A stretch of DNA of 64,000 bases, taken from the NCBI GenBank assembly GCA_965223425.1, contig OZ245003.1:2080001-2144000 (forward strand), written 5' to 3'. Source of the DNA: Nitrosopumilus sp. GTDB taxonomy: Archaea; Thermoproteota; Nitrososphaeria; Nitrososphaerales; Nitrosopumilaceae. Below, one piece after another: positions 61,638 to 64,000 of the stretch. Numbering within the stretch: position 1 is the stretch's first letter; each line of letters opens with the position of its first letter. The notes beneath the pieces are model-generated. The model saw only the letters and a list, made by a program, of their open reading frames with translations. It had not been told where the DNA came from and searched no databases. Made by a program: the position numbers and the translations under genes.

Positions 61638-62171
61638 TCACTTTTTTGCTTCAATAATTATTAGTTCCTCAAAAAATAATTTCTTTTTTGCGACAATCCT
61701 TGATGCTAACCCTTGTTTTTTTGTTGCATCAATTAGTGCCTGATAATTTGAAAGTGATGATGTGACAAAAAGAAATTTTCCTATCGTGTTTAGACACGGA
61801 ATAGCTGACTTGACTATGTTCAGAGGTACTTCAAGCCCTTCTGGCCCTCCATCAGTTGCAATATCCAAGATTTCATCAGTTGCAAGATAGGGAAGATTGC
61901 AGACAACAAGATCGAATTTTGTTTTTAATGCATCAGAGCCATTACAGCAAATCAGGTTTTTTGTTTTGTAGGTTTGATGTTTTAACACTTTATAGTTAAT
62001 GTCGGTTCCAACTACAAAAGAAAAATTCTCAGAGAGTAGTTTTGTCAGATATCCGGAGCCACTTCCTATATCCAATGCAAAATCTCCTTTTTCATTTTCA
62101 ATATTTTCTGCTATGAAAAACGTGTCCTCAGATGGAGGATATTCCTCATTTTTCAAGGATTTGATTTGCAA
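61638..62171 (-). CDS. HemK2/Mtq2-like protein methyltransferase
   Basis: YPPSEDTF, LDIGSGSG, NLPY. Confidence 0.88.
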   Translation of the reverse strand: MQIKSLKNEEYPPSEDTFFIAENIENEKGDFALDIGSGSGYLTKLLSENFSFVVGTDINYKVLKHQTYKTKNLICCNGSDALKTKFDLVVCNLPYLATDEILDIATDGGPEGLEVPLNIVKSAIPCLNTIGKFLFVTSSLSNYQALIDATKKQGLASRIVAKKKLFFEELIIIEAKK

Positions 62172-62850
62172 GATTAATTATTTCATCCCCTGAAAGATCA
62201 TCTATTCGCTTGTCTATTACACTTTCTTTGCCAAACTGTTTTAGAATGTTTTTGACAGTTTTTCTCCTGTATGAGAAAATTTTGTTAATAACTTGGATGA
62301 GATCCTTTTTCACGGTATTTTTTTGGATTATTTTTAGAATTACAGAATCAACTTTTGGTGGAGGTGAAAAATTATTCCTTCCCACCTTAGAAACAGTCTT
62401 AATTTCAAATACATGATTTGCAATAATGCTTATCGCTTTTCTCTTTGATGATTTTGCAGACAGTTTGTCGGCAAATTCTTTTTGAACCATTATTACACCA
62501 TGAGAAAATGGTCTTTGAGCAAGCCATTCTATTGCATCTTTGCTCCTAGAGTATGGTAGATTCGATACAAAAACAGAAAAGTAATCTTTATTCTTAAAAC
62601 CATCACCTGGTTTCAAAACAAGGTTATCAATATCAGAAAATGCAGATTTTGCATTGCTAACTAGTTTTTTGTCAGCATCAACTGAGATTACCTTGTTAGC
62701 CTTTTCACACAGTAAGGGAGTCAAAATTCCCAATCCTGTTCCTAGCTCAAATACAACATCGTCTTTTTTGATTTTGGCCTCTGAAACAATTGATTGTGCT
62801 ATTGAATTTGAGCTGAGGAAGTGCTGTCCGAGTTGTTTTCGTTTTATCAT
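62146..62850 (-). CDS. rsmA: 16S rRNA adenine dimethyltransferase
   Basis: LGQHFL, ELGTGLG, SNLPY, FSPPPKVDS. Confidence 0.93.
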   Translation of the reverse strand: MIKRKQLGQHFLSSNSIAQSIVSEAKIKKDDVVFELGTGLGILTPLLCEKANKVISVDADKKLVSNAKSAFSDIDNLVLKPGDGFKNKDYFSVFVSNLPYSRSKDAIEWLAQRPFSHGVIMVQKEFADKLSAKSSKRKAISIIANHVFEIKTVSKVGRNNFSPPPKVDSVILKIIQKNTVKKDLIQVINKIFSYRRKTVKNILKQFGKESVIDKRIDDLSGDEIINLANQILEK

Positions 62851-63413
62851 CTTTTTACAAAAAGATTCATTCGGCTTTGACCGGTAATTTCATCCAAAAT
62901 TCGTGCTGAAATATGTTTTATTGGGTCTTTGAATCCAACTCTTTCTTGTAAATCTTGATAGCTTTCAAACTTTGCCTTTTCTCTTTCATCCAACATTGTT
63001 TTCATGTAGGTTTTTCCAATTCCAGGAATTAATTCAAGTGCATGAATTCTTGGTGTCAAGGGCTGTGCATTGTTTAGATATTCAACAAACCTTGATTCAT
63101 TATTAGTCACGATATTTTCTACAACTGTCGTTAATTCGCTTTGAGCAGATGACGAGATATGATCATAGTCCATCTTTCCCAAAACAGAGAGAACATTGGT
63201 CCGTCCTTCCTTTCCAATATAGATTCTCTCACCTACTTCAAATGTAGAATTAGCAACACCAAGAACTTCTAAAAGAGTCAGACGGTCTTCTCCAATAGCT
63301 GTAACTATGATTCCTTCTCTTCCTCGTACGGTGGATGATTTCCCTCTAGGATTGAAATCTAGAACGTATGCATATTCCTCATATTTCCTAGGAGGGGTTT
63401 GTGCCCTGTGCAA
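62847..63413 (-). CDS. DUF655 putative RNA-binding protein
   Basis: EEYAYVLDF, RIHALELIPGIGK; conserved rpl21e-rpo4-DUF655-rsmA order. Confidence 0.9.
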   Translation of the reverse strand: MHRAQTPPRKYEEYAYVLDFNPRGKSSTVRGREGIIVTAIGEDRLTLLEVLGVANSTFEVGERIYIGKEGRTNVLSVLGKMDYDHISSSAQSELTTVVENIVTNNESRFVEYLNNAQPLTPRIHALELIPGIGKTYMKTMLDEREKAKFESYQDLQERVGFKDPIKHISARILDEITGQSRMNLFVKR

Positions 63414-63433
63414 AATAAAATACCCCTAAAAAC

Positions 63434-63760
63434 TTACGAATGCTCCTTGATAATCTTGAGCATTTTTTCTAGAGTTTCAGCAAGAATTAGTTTTTTCCAG
63501 CCAAATGTAAAGGAACGTAGTTCAGCTAAGCTTGTCGGTCTGATGTTTACAATTTCAACAGCTTCGTTTTCTGTCAGTTCACATTCTTTCATGAGTTGTT
63601 TTTTCATTTCTTTTGCATCTTTAGGATCAGTTGATACAAATTTTGAAACATAATCATAGGTCCAACGCTGAATTTGATCCATCTCTTCAACATCTACTTT
63701 ACCCAAAATTTCTTTAACTTCTGAAAGAGAAATAGCTTGTTTCTTTTTTACTTCTTTCAT
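63434..63760 (-). CDS. rpo4: RNA polymerase subunit Rpo4 (RpoF)
   Basis: AVEIVNIRPTSLAELRS; operon context. Confidence 0.9.
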   Translation of the reverse strand: MKEVKKKQAISLSEVKEILGKVDVEEMDQIQRWTYDYVSKFVSTDPKDAKEMKKQLMKECELTENEAVEIVNIRPTSLAELRSFTFGWKKLILAETLEKMLKIIKEHS

Positions 63761-63762
63761 AT

Positions 63763-64000
63763 CTATACACCGAATGGTTTGATATGATCCAATCTAGTGA
63801 TTAAGGTTTTCGATTTGTCTCCTAATTTCACATCTAGTGTTATAGCACGTCTGCCGACATTTGTGATAAGGCCCACTTTACCGTGGTATCGTCTGTGTGG
63901 CAATCCTTTGTGCTGTCTAGGATCAATGATGACAAGTGCTTGTTGACCCTCCTGGTATTCACGTAACAAGAATGAAACTCCTCTTGGAGACTTTTTCTTC
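63763..64000 (-). CDS. rpl21e: 50S ribosomal protein L21e (5' end outside window)
   Basis: HKGLPHRRYHGKVG. Confidence 0.95.
   Translation of the reverse strand, partial: KKKSPRGVSFLLREYQEGQQALVIIDPRQHKGLPHRRYHGKVGLITNVGRRAITLDVKLGDKSKTLITRLDHIKPFGV

Noticed and set aside
401-63653. Numerous 60-200-aa ORFs overlapping called genes on other frames or strands
   Set aside because: Shadow ORFs without motifs, fully explained by the genes they overlap

Overview
Chromosomal window from an ammonia-oxidising archaeon (Nitrososphaerota/Thaumarchaeota, Nitrosopumilaceae-like). Evidence: eukaryote-type topoisomerase IB, TFB, eIF5A, proteasome alpha, Rpo4, L21e and intron-containing tRNAs. The heavy IS load and a giant repeat surface protein suggest a host-associated lineage such as a sponge symbiont (inference only). 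Core genes are interrupted by three accessory regions. (i) A ~5.4-kb island behind tRNA-Tyr: IS66, Holliday-junction-resolvase-like nuclease, DUF488 gene and partner, AbrB-like gene, IS6 remnant. (ii) A ~25-kb island at 12.4-37.3 kb: nested IS remnants, an integrase fragment, Dnd-like relics, a four-gene signalling module and a 3510-aa surface protein with 31 near-identical 222-bp repeats. (iii) The 47.9-59 kb region, bounded by a 1.06-kb parB-like direct repeat and containing an IS481>IS110>IS630 nest and hicBA. The best candidate for an undescribed system is 19992-24303. A secreted protein built from four acidic LTxxQ-like helical modules lies next to a histidine kinase carrying two copies of the same module inside its extracellular sensor region, together with a stand-alone receiver and a divergent putative DNA-binding protein. 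A shared palindromic operator (TTGC-N6-GCA[A/G]) sits at identical spacing from the TATA-like boxes of the secreted-protein and kinase genes. Also notable are an IS630 that appears to duplicate CG rather than TA and a readable bridge-RNA candidate in the archaeal IS110. All calls come from reading the sequence by eye; no searches were run.
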